DNA of 64,000 bases from Isurus oxyrinchus. Taxonomy: Eukaryota. The notes under the pieces were generated by a model. It did not search any database and was not told the DNA's origin. It worked only from the letters and a program-made list of their open reading frames with translations. Location: the NCBI GenBank assembly GCA_026770705.1, contig JANJGN010000010.1:122698001-122762000 (forward strand). Reading direction: 5' to 3'. Made by a program: the position numbers and the translations under genes. Shown here in pieces: positions 25,800 through 39,779 of this stretch (position 1 is its first letter; the number at the start of each line of letters is the position of its first letter).

Positions 25800-28700
25800 G
25801 AAAACTCTTGAGCCAGGATCAAGGATGTCACTGAACAGCTGCAGTACATTCCAAAGGGGAGGGCAAACAGATAGGGATCGTGGTACATATTGGTACCAAT
25901 GACATAGGTAGAAAGAGGGATGAGATCCTGCAAGCAAAATTTAGGGAGCTAGGAAGCAGATTAAAAAACAGGACCTCAAAAGTAGTAATCCCTGGATTGT
26001 TTCTGGTACCACACGCAAAGTGAGTATAGAAATAGGAGGTTAGTCCAGATGACTGCGTGACTGGAGGGATGGTGCAGGAGGGAGGGCTTTAGATTTCTGG
26101 GACACTGGGACTGTTTCTGGGGGCAGTGGGACCTGTACAAGGCGGACAGGTTGCACCTGAACAAGAATGGAACCAACATCCTTACGGGGAGGTTTGCTAG
26201 TGCTGTTAGGGAGGGTTTAAACTAACTTAGCGGCAGGGATGGGATCCTGAGAGGAGTTTCAGCATGGGGAGATGCACAGCCAAAATTAGAAGAGAGAGCA
26301 AGTGAGTCTGGAAGGCATAGAAATTATAGGCCAGTTAAGGCATAAGAGAGTTTGGCAAGGTTGGATGGTATTTATTTTAATACAAGGAGTCTGACAAATA
26401 AGGCAGATGAGTTGAGGGCACAGATTAATACATGAAGTATGATGTCATTGCTGTCACAGAGACATAGTTGAGAGAAGGGCAGGATTGGCAGTTCAAAATT
26501 CCAGGATATAGGGTCTTCAGGCAAGATAAGGAAGGAGGTAAAAGAGGAGGGGGTATTGCAATATTGATCAAGGAATCAATTACAGCAGTAAGCAGGGATG
26601 AGATCTTAGAAGGCTCCTCAAATGAAGCCATATAGGTAGAACAGAAAAACAAAAAAGGAGCAATCACATTGCTGGGAGTGTACCATAGGCCCCCCAACAG
26701 TCAGAGAGAAATAGAAGAGCAGATCAGTAGGCAAAGTTCAGAGAAGAGTAAAAATAATAGGATAATAATAGTGGGGGATTTCAACTTCGCCAACATTAAC
26801 TGGGTTAGTCATAGTATGATAGGTTTAGAGGGAGCGGAATTCTTAAAATGCATCAAGGAGAGCTTTTTAAGCCAGTACGTAGAAGGTCCTACAAGAGAGT
26901 GAATGGTCCTGGACTCAATTTTAGGGAATGAAGCCGGGCAAGTGATAGAGGTATCAGTGGGGGAGCATTTTGCTGATAGTGATCATAACTCCGTTAGATT
27001 CAAGGTTGTTATGGAAAAGGACAAGGATGGGCCAGAAATCAGAGTTCTAAATTGGGGAAAGGCCAATTTTAATAAGAGCAGATATGATTTGGCCAGAGTG
27101 GACTGGGAGCAGCTACTTTTAGGTAATCCTAAAGCAGAGCAGTGGAGCTCATGCAAAAAAGAAATAGGGAGAGTACAGGGCCAACATATTCCAGGAAAGA
27201 TAAAGGCTGGGACCAATGAATCCAGGGAACCCTGGATGTGGAGGGATTTACAGCATTGAATAAAGAGAAAAAGGGAGGCTTATGGCAGATACCAAGGGCT
27301 CAAAACAGCAGAAGCCCTAGAGGAGTATAGAATGTATAAGGGGAAACTGAAAAAGGAAACTAGGAGACCAAAAAGGGAGCATGAAAAAGCACTGGCAGGT
27401 AAAATAAAGGAAAATCCAAAGTTATTTTACAAGTTTATTAAGGGTAAGAGGATAACTAAGGAAAAAGTAGGGCCCACTAAGGGCCATAGTGATGATTTGT
27501 GTGTGGAGCTAGAAGACATAGGTCGGATTCTAAGTGGATACTTTGTGTCGGTGTTCACAAGTGAGAGGGATGACGTGGGTATGCAAATCAGGCAGAAGGA
27601 CTGTGATATAATTAGGGAAATTAGCATAGAAAGGGGCGTAGTTCTAAGTGGTCTGGCAGGCTTAAAAGTAGGTAAATCTCCAGGCCCGGATGAAATGTAT
27701 CCCAGGCTGTTGAGTGAGGCAAGGAGTGAGATAGCAGGGGTGCTGGCAATAATTTTCACTACCTCTCTGGCCACAGGAGAGGTGCCACAGGAGGACAGCC
27801 AATGTGGTACCATTATTCAACAGGCCAGTCAGTCTAAACTCAGCAGTGGGGAAACTATTGGAAGCAATTCTGAGGGACAGAATTAATCTACACTTGGAGA
27901 GGCAAAGATTAATCAAGGACAGTCAGCATGGTTTTGTTAAAGGGAGGTCATGTCTGACCTAATTGATTGAATTTTTCAAAGAGGTGACCAGGTGTGTAGA
28001 TGAGGGCTATGCACTTGACGTAGTCTACTTGGACTTTAGCAAGGCTTTTGATAAGGTCCCGTAAGGGAGACTGATTACAAAGGTAAGAGCCCATGGGATC
28101 CAAGGCAATTTGGCAAATTAGATCCAGAATTGGCTGAGTGGCAGGAAGCAGAAGGTGATGGTCAAGGGGTGTTTTTGTGACTGGATGCCTATGTCCAAAG
28201 GGGTTCCATAGGGATTAGTGTCAGGTCCCTTAGCTGTTTGTGGCATATATAAACAATTTAGATTTGAATGTAGAATGGTTGATCAGTAAGTTCGCGGATG
28301 ACATGAAAATTGGTGGGGTGGTAAATAGTAAGAAGGATAGCCTTAGATTACAGGAGAATATAGACAGGCTGGTCAGATGGGCAGATCAGTGGCAAATGGA
28401 ATTTAATCCGGATAAGTGTGAGGTGATGCACTTGGGCAGGACAAACAAGGCATGGGAATACACGATGAATGGTAGGACCCTGGGAAGTACCCAGGATCAG
28501 AGGGACCTTGATGTGCATGTCCACCAGTCCCTTAAGGTAGCAGGACAGGTAGATAAGGTGATTGAGAAGGCATATGGGATACTTGCCTTTATTAGCCGAG
28601 GCATAGAATATAACAGCAGGGAGGCTGGAACTGTATAAAACGCTGGTTAGGCCACAGCTAGAGTATTGCGTGCAATTCTGGAATCCGCATTATAGGAAGG

Positions 28701-29190
28701 ATGTGTTTGCACTAGAGAGAGTGCAGAGGAGATTTACCAGGATGTTGACTGGGCTGGAGAGTTTTAGTTACGAGGAAAGATTGGATAGACTGGGGTTATT
28801 TTCCTTGAAGCAGAGGAGATTGAGGGCGGACATGATTGAAGTGTATAAATTATAAGGGGCATAGATAGGGTAGACAGGAAGGAACTTTTCCCCTTGGTGG
28901 AGGAATCAATAACCAGGGGGCATAGATTTAAGGGGCAGGAGGGCATGTGAGGAAGAATATTTTCACCCAGAGAGTGGTGGGAATCTGGAATTCACTGCCT
29001 GAAAGGGTGGTAGAGGCAGAAACCCTCATAACATTTAAAAGTATTTGGATGTGCACTTGCGATGCCGTGGCATACAAGGCTATAGGTCTAGTGCTGGAAA
29101 ATGGGATTAGAATAGTTAGGTATTTGTTTGACCAGCGCAGACTCGATGGGCCGAAGGGTCTTTTTTTGTGCTGTAAAACTCTATGACTCT
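25800..29190 (+). mobile_element. Long CR1 LINE copy (ORF1 esterase end, ORF2 endonuclease and RT, 3' UTR), with multiple stops
   Basis: VVHIGTND..DRLHLN; YHRPPNS, VGDFN, SDHN; SPGPD, KAFDKVP, FADD; 3' end CTCTATGACTCTA. Confidence 0.95.
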
Positions 29191-29959
29191 AAAACATAAC
29201 TGACCCAGATATCTTCAAACAAATCACTAATGCTGACTTCCCTTTGAAGACCACACCTCTGAACCTTCAGCTACATGATATTCAAGAATACACAAAGTTC
29301 CATATGACAGAGCAAGCAGCAGAGAAACAGTCAGCAATGCTACGGCTTAAACAGAGCTCTAATTCCATGTATTTGCATAAACCCTGTAAAATCCAGATGA
29401 AAGTTTAAAAAATGGAAATGCATAGCAGGTCAGTCAGCATCCAAAATAGAAAGATTAACTGGGACATACCTGAAACATTGTTCTTTTTCTTTCAAATTAA
29501 ACATTGTTCCTGCCTCTCTCTGCAACTATTACACAGCAAAATATTGGACCTTATATTCCTTTATTGGCAAAAAAACATAGATGCAAGTAAAGGGTGGCAA
29601 AATGTCATGAGAAAGGATCACAAAAGATAGCTTGGTATTTGACACTGGTCTGAGTTCCTCCCTCTCCAAAAATGGCTATTAAAAAAAAAGAGAACAAATG
29701 ACAACTTAACTTGCTAAAGGCCCTGTTAAAGGTGATTAATGATGAGCTCATTCAGCGTCCTATAGGTGTTGATTCACATCAAAAAATATTTTACTTCGGA
29801 ACACACTTGGAGTTATTGAGCTAAATAAATAACACCACAGAATCAGAGGAGTGAATAATACAGAGGAACTTTCTGTCCAAAAACACCATTGGTAAGTATA
29901 TTTCAGCAGAGCAGGATGAGGAGGAGGAGATATTGGCCAAGGAGTGCAGGATGTGTAGG

Positions 29960-30650
29960 AAGCAAGAGAATTACAGTAGCTACTATCCAGATGATATGAC
30001 AGCAAATAATATTCATGCCACACAAATGCCAGGTAATGGCCATCATCAACAAGACAGAATCTAACCATCTCCACTTGATGTTCAATGATATTATCATCGC
30101 TGAATCTCTGACCATCAACATCTGGGAATTATCATTGATCAGAAGCTTAACTGGTCCAACCATACAAATACTGAGGCTGAGAATTGTACAGTGAGTAACT
30201 CACCTCCTGACTCCCCAAAGCCTATCCACCATCTACAAGGCACAAGTCAGGAATGTGATGGAATACTGTCCACTTGCCTGGATGAGTACAGCTCCAACAA
30301 TACTCAAAAAGTTCAACATCATCCAGGACAAAGCAGTGCTCTTGATCAGCATCCCATGTACCACCTTAAACAATCAGTTCCTCCATCACCAGTGCACAGT
30401 GGCAGCAGTGTGTACCATCCAAGTTACAATGCAAAAACTTGCCAAGCTTCCTTTGACAGCACATTTTAAACCTGTGACCACTACCATCTAGAAGAACAAG
30501 GGCAGCAGATGCATGGGAACACCACCACCTGCAAGTTCCCCTCCAAGTCACTCACCATCCTGACTTGGAATTACATTACTTTCTCAAGGGCAATTTGGGA
30601 TGGGCAACAAATGCCAGTGAGGTGCTCACCTCATGAACGAATTTTTTAAA
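29960..30650 (+). mobile_element. LINE family B 3' fragment
   Basis: IYKAQVRNVMEYCPLAW; tail GGGCAATTTGGGATGGGCAACAAATGC. Confidence 0.8.
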
Positions 30651-31339
30651 AAGTTACTTGGATCTGGCAGAGGAGAAGTGAATAAGATGACTATGTGTTG
30701 TCAGGGATGTTGCGACAGAGGTTTGCCATCAGTCTCACTAAGACTTGCAGCGACAGTCAACAATAAGCCATAAACTACCAAAGTCATCACTGACCTCAAC
30801 TCTTATGTCACATTACACTTCACAGGGCATCTCACCAGTCAGCACATCTGACTTGAAACCAGGGTCTTTGAACATATCATTTTCGTTAAAAGCACTAGAC
30901 AAAGGAATTTCAGAGCCTAAAGAACTTAGAGCAAATTGATTCATTGCATAGTCCTACCATGGGACCGTGTTCAATGGGAGCAGAAATTGAGATACAGTGT
31001 TGATGCTGATCTTTCAAACCTAGAGTCTTGCAAAGATTGTGGGAATGAAATTTGCATAATCCTGGTGTTTTTTTTCTTCTAATGGTTATTCTAGTGTTAC
31101 CTGATTTAACTTATCTACTTTTTGTTCAAATAAGTTCCCATACTTAAATAAATCCTTTAATAACAATTTTTATTATATTGTGCTAGCTTGTCTGAGTTCA
31201 CCCAATCTCACCCAAGTCAAAAGGTTGGGGTTGGGGGAGAAATTATTTCACATAGTGCTGCTACTTTAGTTCGTTGAGGGCAGGCAGCACAGCAGGCCAT
31301 TCATTATCTGCATGACCGCAATGCTGCTAGAAGCAAAGT

Positions 31340-31470
31340 TCTCCTCCTGAGTGTTCAAATCTCACTCCAGGACTTGAGTGGAAGCTTTAGACTGACATTT
31401 CAATGCAATATTTCAGGAGTGATGCATCAGAGGAACTGTTTTCAGATGAGACACTAAAATATTGCTCTAT
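31340..31470 (+). mobile_element. Old tRNA-derived SINE fragment (DeuSINE/SacSINE-like)
   Basis: GTTCAAATCTCACTCCAGGACTTGAG..AGACTGACA..TTTCAGATGAGAC; similar to 40715-40985. Confidence 0.5.
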
Positions 31471-31509
31471 CTGCTTTGCAGTTCCAAGCGCTCCCATTAT
31501 AAAATGGAC

Positions 31510-31925
31510 AGTAAAGCCACCAGGGATAATAAACTATAGTTATGAGGAGAGTTTTGAGGCAGTAGGATCATGTTCATTGGAGCAGAAGAGGCTAAAGGAG
31601 TTGTGATTTTAAAGAAAGAAAATCAAAAGGATTGGGTGAATAGTGAAAGAATATCTTCTCTGGTTAGAGAATTGGTGGCAAAGGATCATCAATTAAAAGA
31701 ATAAGGAGAGATTAAAAGAAATGCCTTTACACAGAAAGTTGATGGAATGCTTTGCTATGGAAAGTAGTTTGCACTGTTCAAGAAAAAAGTGCAGAATCAT
31801 TTGAAGTAGAGCGAGATACAAGGCTGTGGAGAGAGAGCAGGGCAGTGGCATTCACTTTGCTAAAGCAAGGAGCTGGTACAGATGGGCCAAGTGGCCGCCT
31901 TCTGAACTACAAATCTCGATGGTTT
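31510..31925 (+). mobile_element. Degraded CR1 3' end
   Basis: SYEE..LEQKRL and a 3' UTR GATGGGCCAAGTGGCC motif. Confidence 0.6.
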
Positions 31926-33899
31926 TATATGTACAATGCAAAGAGCTTTACTCTGTATTTGGCTGTACTTTACCTGACCTGACAGTATTTGATATAGGTA
32001 GTTAATAGATTGAAAAGGAAAAATCCTTTCATTCATCAACACTGATATTGCTGGTTTGACATTGCCAACATTCACTAATATGTGCAATATGCTTTTATCT
32101 CTATCTTGTGTTAGCTGGCTCTGTAATTTTGGATGGTTTTACTTTTCTTACAGCTTCTTAGATGCCTGGCTTTTGTTTTTTCTAATTTAAGCATAAGCCC
32201 TTGACTTGCAATAAATATACAATTCCAAATAGTAAAGTAATATTTTTTTCCAAATGTACAGTACCTCAAACTACATTATTCAAACCACCTGAATAAAATA
32301 CCTGACAGCTTTTAAACCATTCTTTTTCTCTCAGTGAAAGATTAATTAGACTGAAAATGCCATTGCATCAACTACTCCTAAGAGATTGTAACATAGGAAA
32401 AAAGAAAACAACATCTATGCTCTCCCCTCCCACTCACTGCTAGGTCTAACTGGTGGTTACGTGTTTGCTTCCATATCTACCTCTAAACCAGGAATGTTTC
32501 ATCACAGGAATAGGCCATTTGGTCCATTAGGTCAGTGCTGTTTTCTCTAGGAACCAAATAGCTTGCTTTCATTCTCCTGCTTGCTCCCCATATCTTTCAA
32601 TACATTGAGAGAATCAGCAGTTGTGTAAAATGGGCAGTGCGTTCACTCCTAGCACATAAGGGTTTAACCCAGCTCTGATGGGCTGATATTACTGTCTACA
32701 TCTTTGTTTCATAGACTGAAACAGGTTTGGAAAAAAAATCAAAATTATACACACAATTGCCACAATGCATTCTCAAAAATTAATCTTGCTGGATTTATGC
32801 TGCAAGTTCCTGCTGTAGTGCTTCAAAGGATTTGGTTAAAATAAATTCAAAGTTTTATAACAAGTGGAATAAATACTTTTTTAAAAAGTTTATTCCCTTG
32901 TAAAAACACAGGAAGAAAAAATAACTTTGAAGACTAAATCAAAAATGTATTATTCGATAGTTCTTACACTGTCCTTTATCAGTCAAGGGATTTCCTAAAG
33001 CTGAAAATAATGAGCAGTGACTAACACTATCTTAATTAACATTGACCTTATTACATTTGAATCTATATGCATGCTAAAAGTCTGCTGGGACCCGCACATC
33101 GGGTTAGCTCTTAGGAATTCACTGCACATTTAGTCAATGTAATATTTAAATACATGTCGCTCCGATTGAAGTATGCACCCAAGTTAAATAACACCTAGGA
33201 ATCGTGGATGCCTAGTGTTGTTAAAGAAATTCACTTGGGGGTGAGGACAGACCTACACAATAGTTTCTCCCGCGAATTGTTTCTGTTTAAAATTGCAGAA
33301 CATTTTATTCTATTCTAAGTAGCTTTTCCCCCCAAATTACCCGGTGAGATTAAAAAATACAAAATATTTATTGATATCTTCTGAAAATGAGGGCTCTCAA
33401 TGGGAAATTAAACATATACATCCTTATCGAGCTAAAGATTCGGTATTTGATATGAAATGCAGTGGTGCTGCCAGACCTGCTGAGTTTTTCCAGGTAATTC
33501 TGTTTTTGTTATGGAAGAAAAAGTAATGTTGGTATTTGCAGCATTCCAGTTACTGCTTGTATCTTTTTGGAGCCCTGTACACTGCGCTCGTTTTACTAAA
33601 CATTAAGCCGAATGTTGGTAAATTTATCCTTTGCTACGCAATGGATGCAAACTGTCCTTTTTGTGCATTTGGTCATTTTGCTGTGCATCAAAAGTTGATT
33701 GCCTTTGGCATCGAACAGTCGACCTGCTCCCAGTTGCATCTCCCACAAGTTACATGGAATTACAGAGAATGTACAGCACAGAAACAGGCCGCTCGCTTCA
33801 ACTGGTCAATGCCGCTCTTTGCTCTGCCCAACACCCTCCTCCCACATGTAATCCTTACTGATCTTAACCATTTTTTTTTGTGAGTTGCCACTATGTCAG

Positions 33900-35250
33900 A
33901 CGCAGACCAGACCATGGCTCTGCTAACTGTGATATGGGCGCTTTATCGTTCTGCCCACGCTTATTGCAACAATTAAAATCAGTGCAGCCGAAGACACGCT
34001 CCCTACCCTCCAGCTCCTCTTCTGAAATGTTGGCCAACTGTTCAATCTCGCTGCCGTCGGACAGTGAGCCGCTCAGGTAATTCCCTTTGTACAGGAGCCC
34101 GGTGTGCACAGGGTGAAAAGGCATCTTCTCCCTGTGTGACAGAAAAAATACGCAAGCATTAACTGGGGGGGGGGGGGGGGGGGGCGGTGAGCCATTCGTC
34201 CTCCTGGCCGCCCAGGTTGACTCCTAACATCAACATCGCAGCCACATTCTGCTGCCCTTCGATGTGACTCAAGCAGACCCAGGATATCTGAAACCAAACG
34301 GGATGGGGCGGGGGTGGAATGGTCGAACCGCCTCTAAGGTCCCACACCAATCATGGGGTGGCGGTGGAGGGGTTTGCTGAGGACCTGTTCCCTCGGGAAA
34401 TATTATGGGAGCAGCTCCCACTTGTCAGGAGAAATCAGTGCTCCCACTTCATACACAGCTTTCGAAAGAAGCATAACTGCTCCCTTTGGTCATCTCCCGA
34501 GAACTGAGAGCGGAGACACAAAGAGGCGTTTATCCCCCAAATGTAGTCGTGGTGAAGGGCGGGGGGCTGCTGTAACTATCAGGACTATTACCCGTGAAAA
34601 TGCCAACCCCAGCCCCTAATGCCCTCCCACTAAAAGCCAGGTCCCGACAACAGCTTCTACAGTGTGAAGGTCAAATCCCGGAGCCAGTCCGATTTACCTG
34701 CTTTGCTGGTGCGTTGATTGTAATCCGGAGTGAAGATGCCTTTCGCCTTCCCCGTGTGCGGACCGCTGGTTGGAGCAGCGCCTTGCTCCTAGGCAGTGGG
34801 GGGGTCACCTTTGACTGGACGAGCTGGAGGAGGATTACCTGGCACGCTCGCCGCTGCCCCAGGTGGAGGGGGTGCGCTGGGGGTGCCCGGGCTTGGGCGA
34901 TCAGAGGAGAGAACTGGCCAACCTGGCGCTGCCTCACTTCACCATTTCCAATCCCCAGGCAGCGCCGGAGCAGGAGTTCCATTCGCTTCAAACTCCAATT
35001 CGTCAAACGAACGCCTTGGATTCGTTTCGAAGAGCCATTCCCAAAGTTGCTCTTGCTGAACACCCGGCGCTGCCAAACATCGGGGCAGGTTTGTGAGTGA
35101 AAAGCTTCAGCTCCAGCTCCGGGCTGTGCGCAGCAAGCTGCCCGCCCAGAAATGTTGAGTCTTTTAAAGGGACGACTTTTTTTCTTGTCACAGGCTGCTG
35201 TGTGCCAGGGGTTTTCGGCACCAGATTATGCATGTTTTGCACAGGGTCAA
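33900..35250. promoter_or_regulatory. CpG island; probable promoter/5' UTR region of the calneuron gene
   Basis: Non-repetitive, GC- and CpG-rich block in an AT-rich, CpG-poor background. GC boxes (GGGGCGGGG) and a candidate minus-strand donor CAG|GTAAAT at 34698/34697. Confidence 0.7.
34007..34131 (-). CDS. CALN1: Exon encoding the N-terminus of a calneuron (CALN1/CaBP8-like EF-hand Ca2+ sensor); ATG at 34124
   Basis: MPFHPVHTGLLYKGNYLSGSLSDGSEIEQLANISEEELE matches calneuron-1 as I recall it (MPFHHVTAGLLYKGNYLNRSLSAGSDSEQLANISVEELD). Acceptor TTTTTTCTGTCACACAG|GGAGAAGATG, phase-1 donor GAGG|GTAGGG. Paralogue identity (caln1 vs caln2) is uncertain. Confidence 0.88.
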
Positions 35251-36069
35251 TTAAAGAGGTGTCATATAGAAGCCTGGGGGGCATCTATGGCTGATTTTAA
35301 TCCCTGTGTAAATTGCAATGTCTACTCGATATGCCATGGATTGTTCATAGTTGCTCATTGACATTGTCCCCTTAACGCATATCAACAGAAAGTTGTTGCT
35401 AAATCTGTTTGAGGCTCAAATTCTGACAAATTTAACGACAATTCAGCACAATTCTAAAATTAAATATGATTAATATTGATAACACGTTAAAAGTCCTCAG
35501 TGATTGCATCAAGATTCCCGTCATCACGTCCAATCTCCTCACCCTGCTTCACCCCAGATGCTATAGGAACATGGAACAAGAGTGGGCCATTCAGCCCCTC
35601 CAGCCTGTTCTACTACTTGGGTGAGTTCATAGTTGGTCTGTATCTTACCTTCATCCACCTGCCTTGCCTCCATATCCTCTTCTAACTTTGTCTAGCAAAA
35701 ACCTGTCAATTTCAGTTTTAAATTCAATATCTGAGTGAGCCTTTGTGGGAGAGAATTCCACACTTCTGCCACTATTTGTGTGGAGAAGTGTTTCCTAACT
35801 TCCCACAAGATTGGCCTGGCTCTGATCTTATGATTATGTACTCTTGACCTAATCTTCCCAAGGGTATGGGGAGAACGTGGGAGCAGGCTATTGAGTTGGA
35901 TGATCAGCCATGATCATAATGAATGGCAGAGCAGGCTTGAAAGGCCGAATGGCCTACTCCTGCTCCTAGTTTCTATGTTTCTATGTTTGCCCAGCAGTGG
36001 ATAAATGTTTTTCTCTATTTACCCCATCAATTTCTTTCAAAATTCTGTCAAATCACCTTATATATCTTT

Positions 36070-37200
36070 TTCTCAAGGGGTGTGGGCATCTCTGGCTGGG
36101 CCAACATTTTTTGCCCATCCCTAATTACACTTGAGAAGGTGGTGAGCTGGCTGCTTGAACATCCGCAGTCCACGTGATGTAGGTACACTCATGCTGCTGT
36201 TAGGGAGGGTGTTCTAGGATTTTGACCCAGCGACATTAAAGGAAAGGTAATATATTTCCAAGTCAGGATTGTGAGTGGCTTGGAGGGGAAATTGCAGGCT
36301 GTGGTGTCCCCATGCATCTACTGCCCTTGTCCTTCTGGGTGGTAGAGAGTGAGGGTTTGGAAGGTGCTGTTGAAGAAACCAAGCAAGTTGCTGCAGTGCA
36401 TCTTGTAGATGGTGCACACTGTCTGTTGATGGTGGAGGGAGTGAATGTTGGTGGATGGGGTGCTGATCAAGTGGACTGTTTGTCCTGGCTGGTGTTGAGC
36501 CTTTTGAATGTAGTTGGAATTGCGCACATCCAGGCAAGTGGGGAGTATTCCATCACACTCCTGACTTGTGCCTCATATATTGTGGACAGGCTTTGAGGAG
36601 ACAGGAAGTGAGTTACTCATCACAGGATTCTCAGCCTCTGACCTGCTTTTGTACCCACAGTATTTATATGGCTAGTCCAGTTCAGTTTCTGGTCAATGGT
36701 AACCCCAAGGATGTTGATAGTGGGGGATTCAGCAATGGTAATGTCATTGAACATCAAGAGGATATGGTTAGATTCTGTCCTGTTGGAGATGTTCATTGTC
36801 TGGCACTTGTTTGGCATGAATGTCTTTTGCCACTTATCAGCCCAAGCCTGAATTTTGTCCGGGTCTTGCTGCACATTGGCATGGACTGTTTCAATATCTG
36901 AGGAGTCATGAGAGGTACTGGATATTGTGCAAATCATTAAAGGACATCCCCACTTCTGACCTTATGAAAGAAGGATGGTCATTGATGAAGCAGCTGAAGA
37001 TGGTTGGGCTGAGGCCACTAACTTGAAGAATTCCTGCTGGATTCCTGATGTCTGGAGCTGAGATGATTATCCTCCAACAACCACAACCATCTTATTTTGT
37101 GCTAGGTATGACTTCAACCTAGTGTTTTCCCGTGATTCACATTGACTCCAGTTTTCCCAGGGTTCCTTGATACCACACACAGTCAAATGTGGCCTTGGTG
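36070..37200 (-). mobile_element. LINE family B, 5'-truncated
   Basis: IQAWADKWQKTFMPNKCQ, ILGVTIDQKLNWTSHIN; collinear with 10213-11345. Confidence 0.85.
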
Positions 37201-38400
37201 TTCAGAGATTTACTTGGAGTGAGATCAAACAAGCAAGAGATGGGTTTCATAGACAAGATAAGGTCAGCGAGAACATGAGGGGAAATAGAAGAGAAGCTCA
37301 ACAAAATTGCTGATTCAGGGTCAGGGTGAGGGGCACGGTGCTGAGGGTCATGGGGGAACCTTAGGGAAGTTTGGCTTAGTGGACAAGGAAAATTGAAGGA
37401 TTTTATTTTTATTCATTCATGGGATGTGGGCTAGGCCAACATTTATTGCCCATCCTTAGATGCCCTTGAGAAGGTGGTGAAGGATGTGACCAAAGCAGCT
37501 GAAATGGGTTGCAAAACTTGAAAGGACATTTATCTGGAAGGTTCCTCCAGATCATCTCCAGCTTTAAGCCATCTGGTCCCAACTAGTCCATCTCCATGGC
37601 AATCAGTCAACAATGGTAGCTACAGTAACCAAAATCCTCTATGCTCCAGAATCTGCTCCATCCATTTACTAGGGACCTCTTGACATGGTCCAATCAGATC
37701 TGGCAATGGGTGGCTAAATAATTGGTGCAGCGGATACATTCTAGCCTAATTTGAAGGAAAAAAGATGGAGGCCATATGCCGGGTGGGGGAAAGAGTAAGA
37801 GCAAGGACATCAAAGGCAAAAGTGAGCAGAATTGTAACAGCAGGTATATTGTTACTAAATGAGGAGCCAGAAACTGGACAATTGAAAATCTGATTTTCAG
37901 TTGTAAGTGATGTGATGGAACAGTTTTATCCAGGAGGAGATGCAGAAGCAAGTGGGGTTATCAGGGTGCTTTGAGTGATGAGGGTTACAAGAAAATGATC
38001 GGTATGGCCATGTCTGTGGTCAATGAGTGGGAGTAGAGAGGCCACATGAGATGACAAGGTGAAGGGGTTGCCCAGGAATATGTTAAGGATAATTTATATG
38101 GAGTGAGGGACTAAAGGAGGACAGGGGGCAGTAAAATTCAGAAGAGAGGACAACCAAAGTGAGTTATGATTAAGATTAAAATCAATATGGATAAGGAACT
38201 ATTCAGTGCAGGAAAGAAGAAAAATTTATGATGGAACTTAATGGAATGGTAGAGAAGAAGCGTTTTAAAAGAGAGATGAGGGGGCAGAATAAAATGATCT
38301 GCTTGAAGCAGGAGAAAGTGTCAGAACAGTAGGGAACAGGCCAACATATGATTTGGTGACAAGCTCCACAGCCCAGCCATGATGGTTTGGAAGAAGTAGG
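37200..38400 (-). mobile_element. Degraded L2-like LINE region
   Basis: Purine-rich plus strand with an L2-like appearance; small LINE-B tail at 37405-37480. Confidence 0.45.
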
Positions 38401-39779
38401 TGGTGCAAGGTATATCCATATGGGGAGGTTTCAGTAAGCTACAAAGTGTCACTGTCTCTAATTATTGATGGCAAGGGTTTTGTTCACAAGTGGACATTTA
38501 TGATATCACTATCATTTTTCATAACTGCTCCTACAAAAAATGCTTTATTGTATTATCAAGACATTATTGTGCAGTGTTCAATTGTTCGGTCTTTGATTAT
38601 GTGTGTCTGTTGCCCATTGATGCTTATCATGGTTAATTGTTAAGCCTAGGTTGTGGGTGTGGACTCAGAAAAAACTAAACAAACCGTTGAAATAGCTAGA
38701 AGCCTGAGCTGAAGCATGGAGGGGACATTTTAAAGCACTGTAAATAAAACCCGTTAAGACAGATAGAAACAAGTGTCATCTCTGCATAAATCTGAGATAT
38801 AAAACATTGATCTGAAGAAAGTCTAAGAACCCTAGAATGCCTGGCACTTCCCTAGTTACAGGATGTATGTCATTTACTAGGACATGGCCCACAAATGTTT
38901 CAGTCACATTTTTTGTGAGGAAGGCTGTACCACACCACAGAGAGGCAGATGGACCTGCTAGTAGCCAGTACATGAATTGTGCTTGTCTATGTTTTTCAGG
39001 AACTGTTAGGGAATGGATGTTCTTACTTATAAATTCATAAATTATTCCACAAGACAATAGGGTTCAAAGGCGTTTATTGGCTTTCATAGGAATTAAGCAT
39101 ATAATGATAACTTTTATTAATAATAATTATGATATATGATTGTGAGTTAGCACTCTCCCATTTTGCTGCGGTTTAGTGTTGAAGGTCAGTCTCCCTGCCT
39201 CTCCACATTACTCACTCCATTAACTTCACTGCATTTTTAAAATCAATCTTAAAGTGAAAAAAAATGATTAAAAATGTTTTAAATTCTGCAGCTGCAGGTA
39301 GTTTAGTGAGCTATATCTATCCTACCCTAATGCAAAACACCAAGATTTTCTACTTAAAAATACTAAGATGTTTGGGCTGAATATTCACGTAAAGTTTTGC
39401 AGATGGATATTTCCAATGATTTAACTCACCCACATTTTCCCAGCAATGAGGGATATTTCCGTATTACCTGTTCACTAAAGTAGAATTAACTGCACTGATA
39501 TTACATTGTTGCTTTCTTCTACTGGTCACAAACATCCTTTTTTAAGAACATTTTTTAAATAATTGAAGCAGCTTGGTTGCGTGATAGCAATCACACCTTA
39601 TACAGAGCTTTATGCACAGAACTTGGTGAACGCTGGGTAAATCTGATAAACACAGTGGCTTGCTAAGCAGAGTATTGGCAGGAATTTAGCAAGAGTAGGA
39701 ATTTGGTGCTGAGGGGGCAGAAGTTGCAAAGTAATTTAAAGAAAGGGGCAACAGGAAATAAATAAACATACAAATAGTC

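Noticed and set aside
33891-34006. C-terminal half of the 77-aa ORF as coding
   Set aside because: Calneuron similarity ends exactly at a GT donor; the remainder is intron read-through.
34594-35100. Several overlapping 77-168 aa ORFs as a divergent gene
   Set aside because: Expected in GC-rich DNA; no recognisable domain; the most protein-like frame is preceded by an immediate stop and lacks an ATG.
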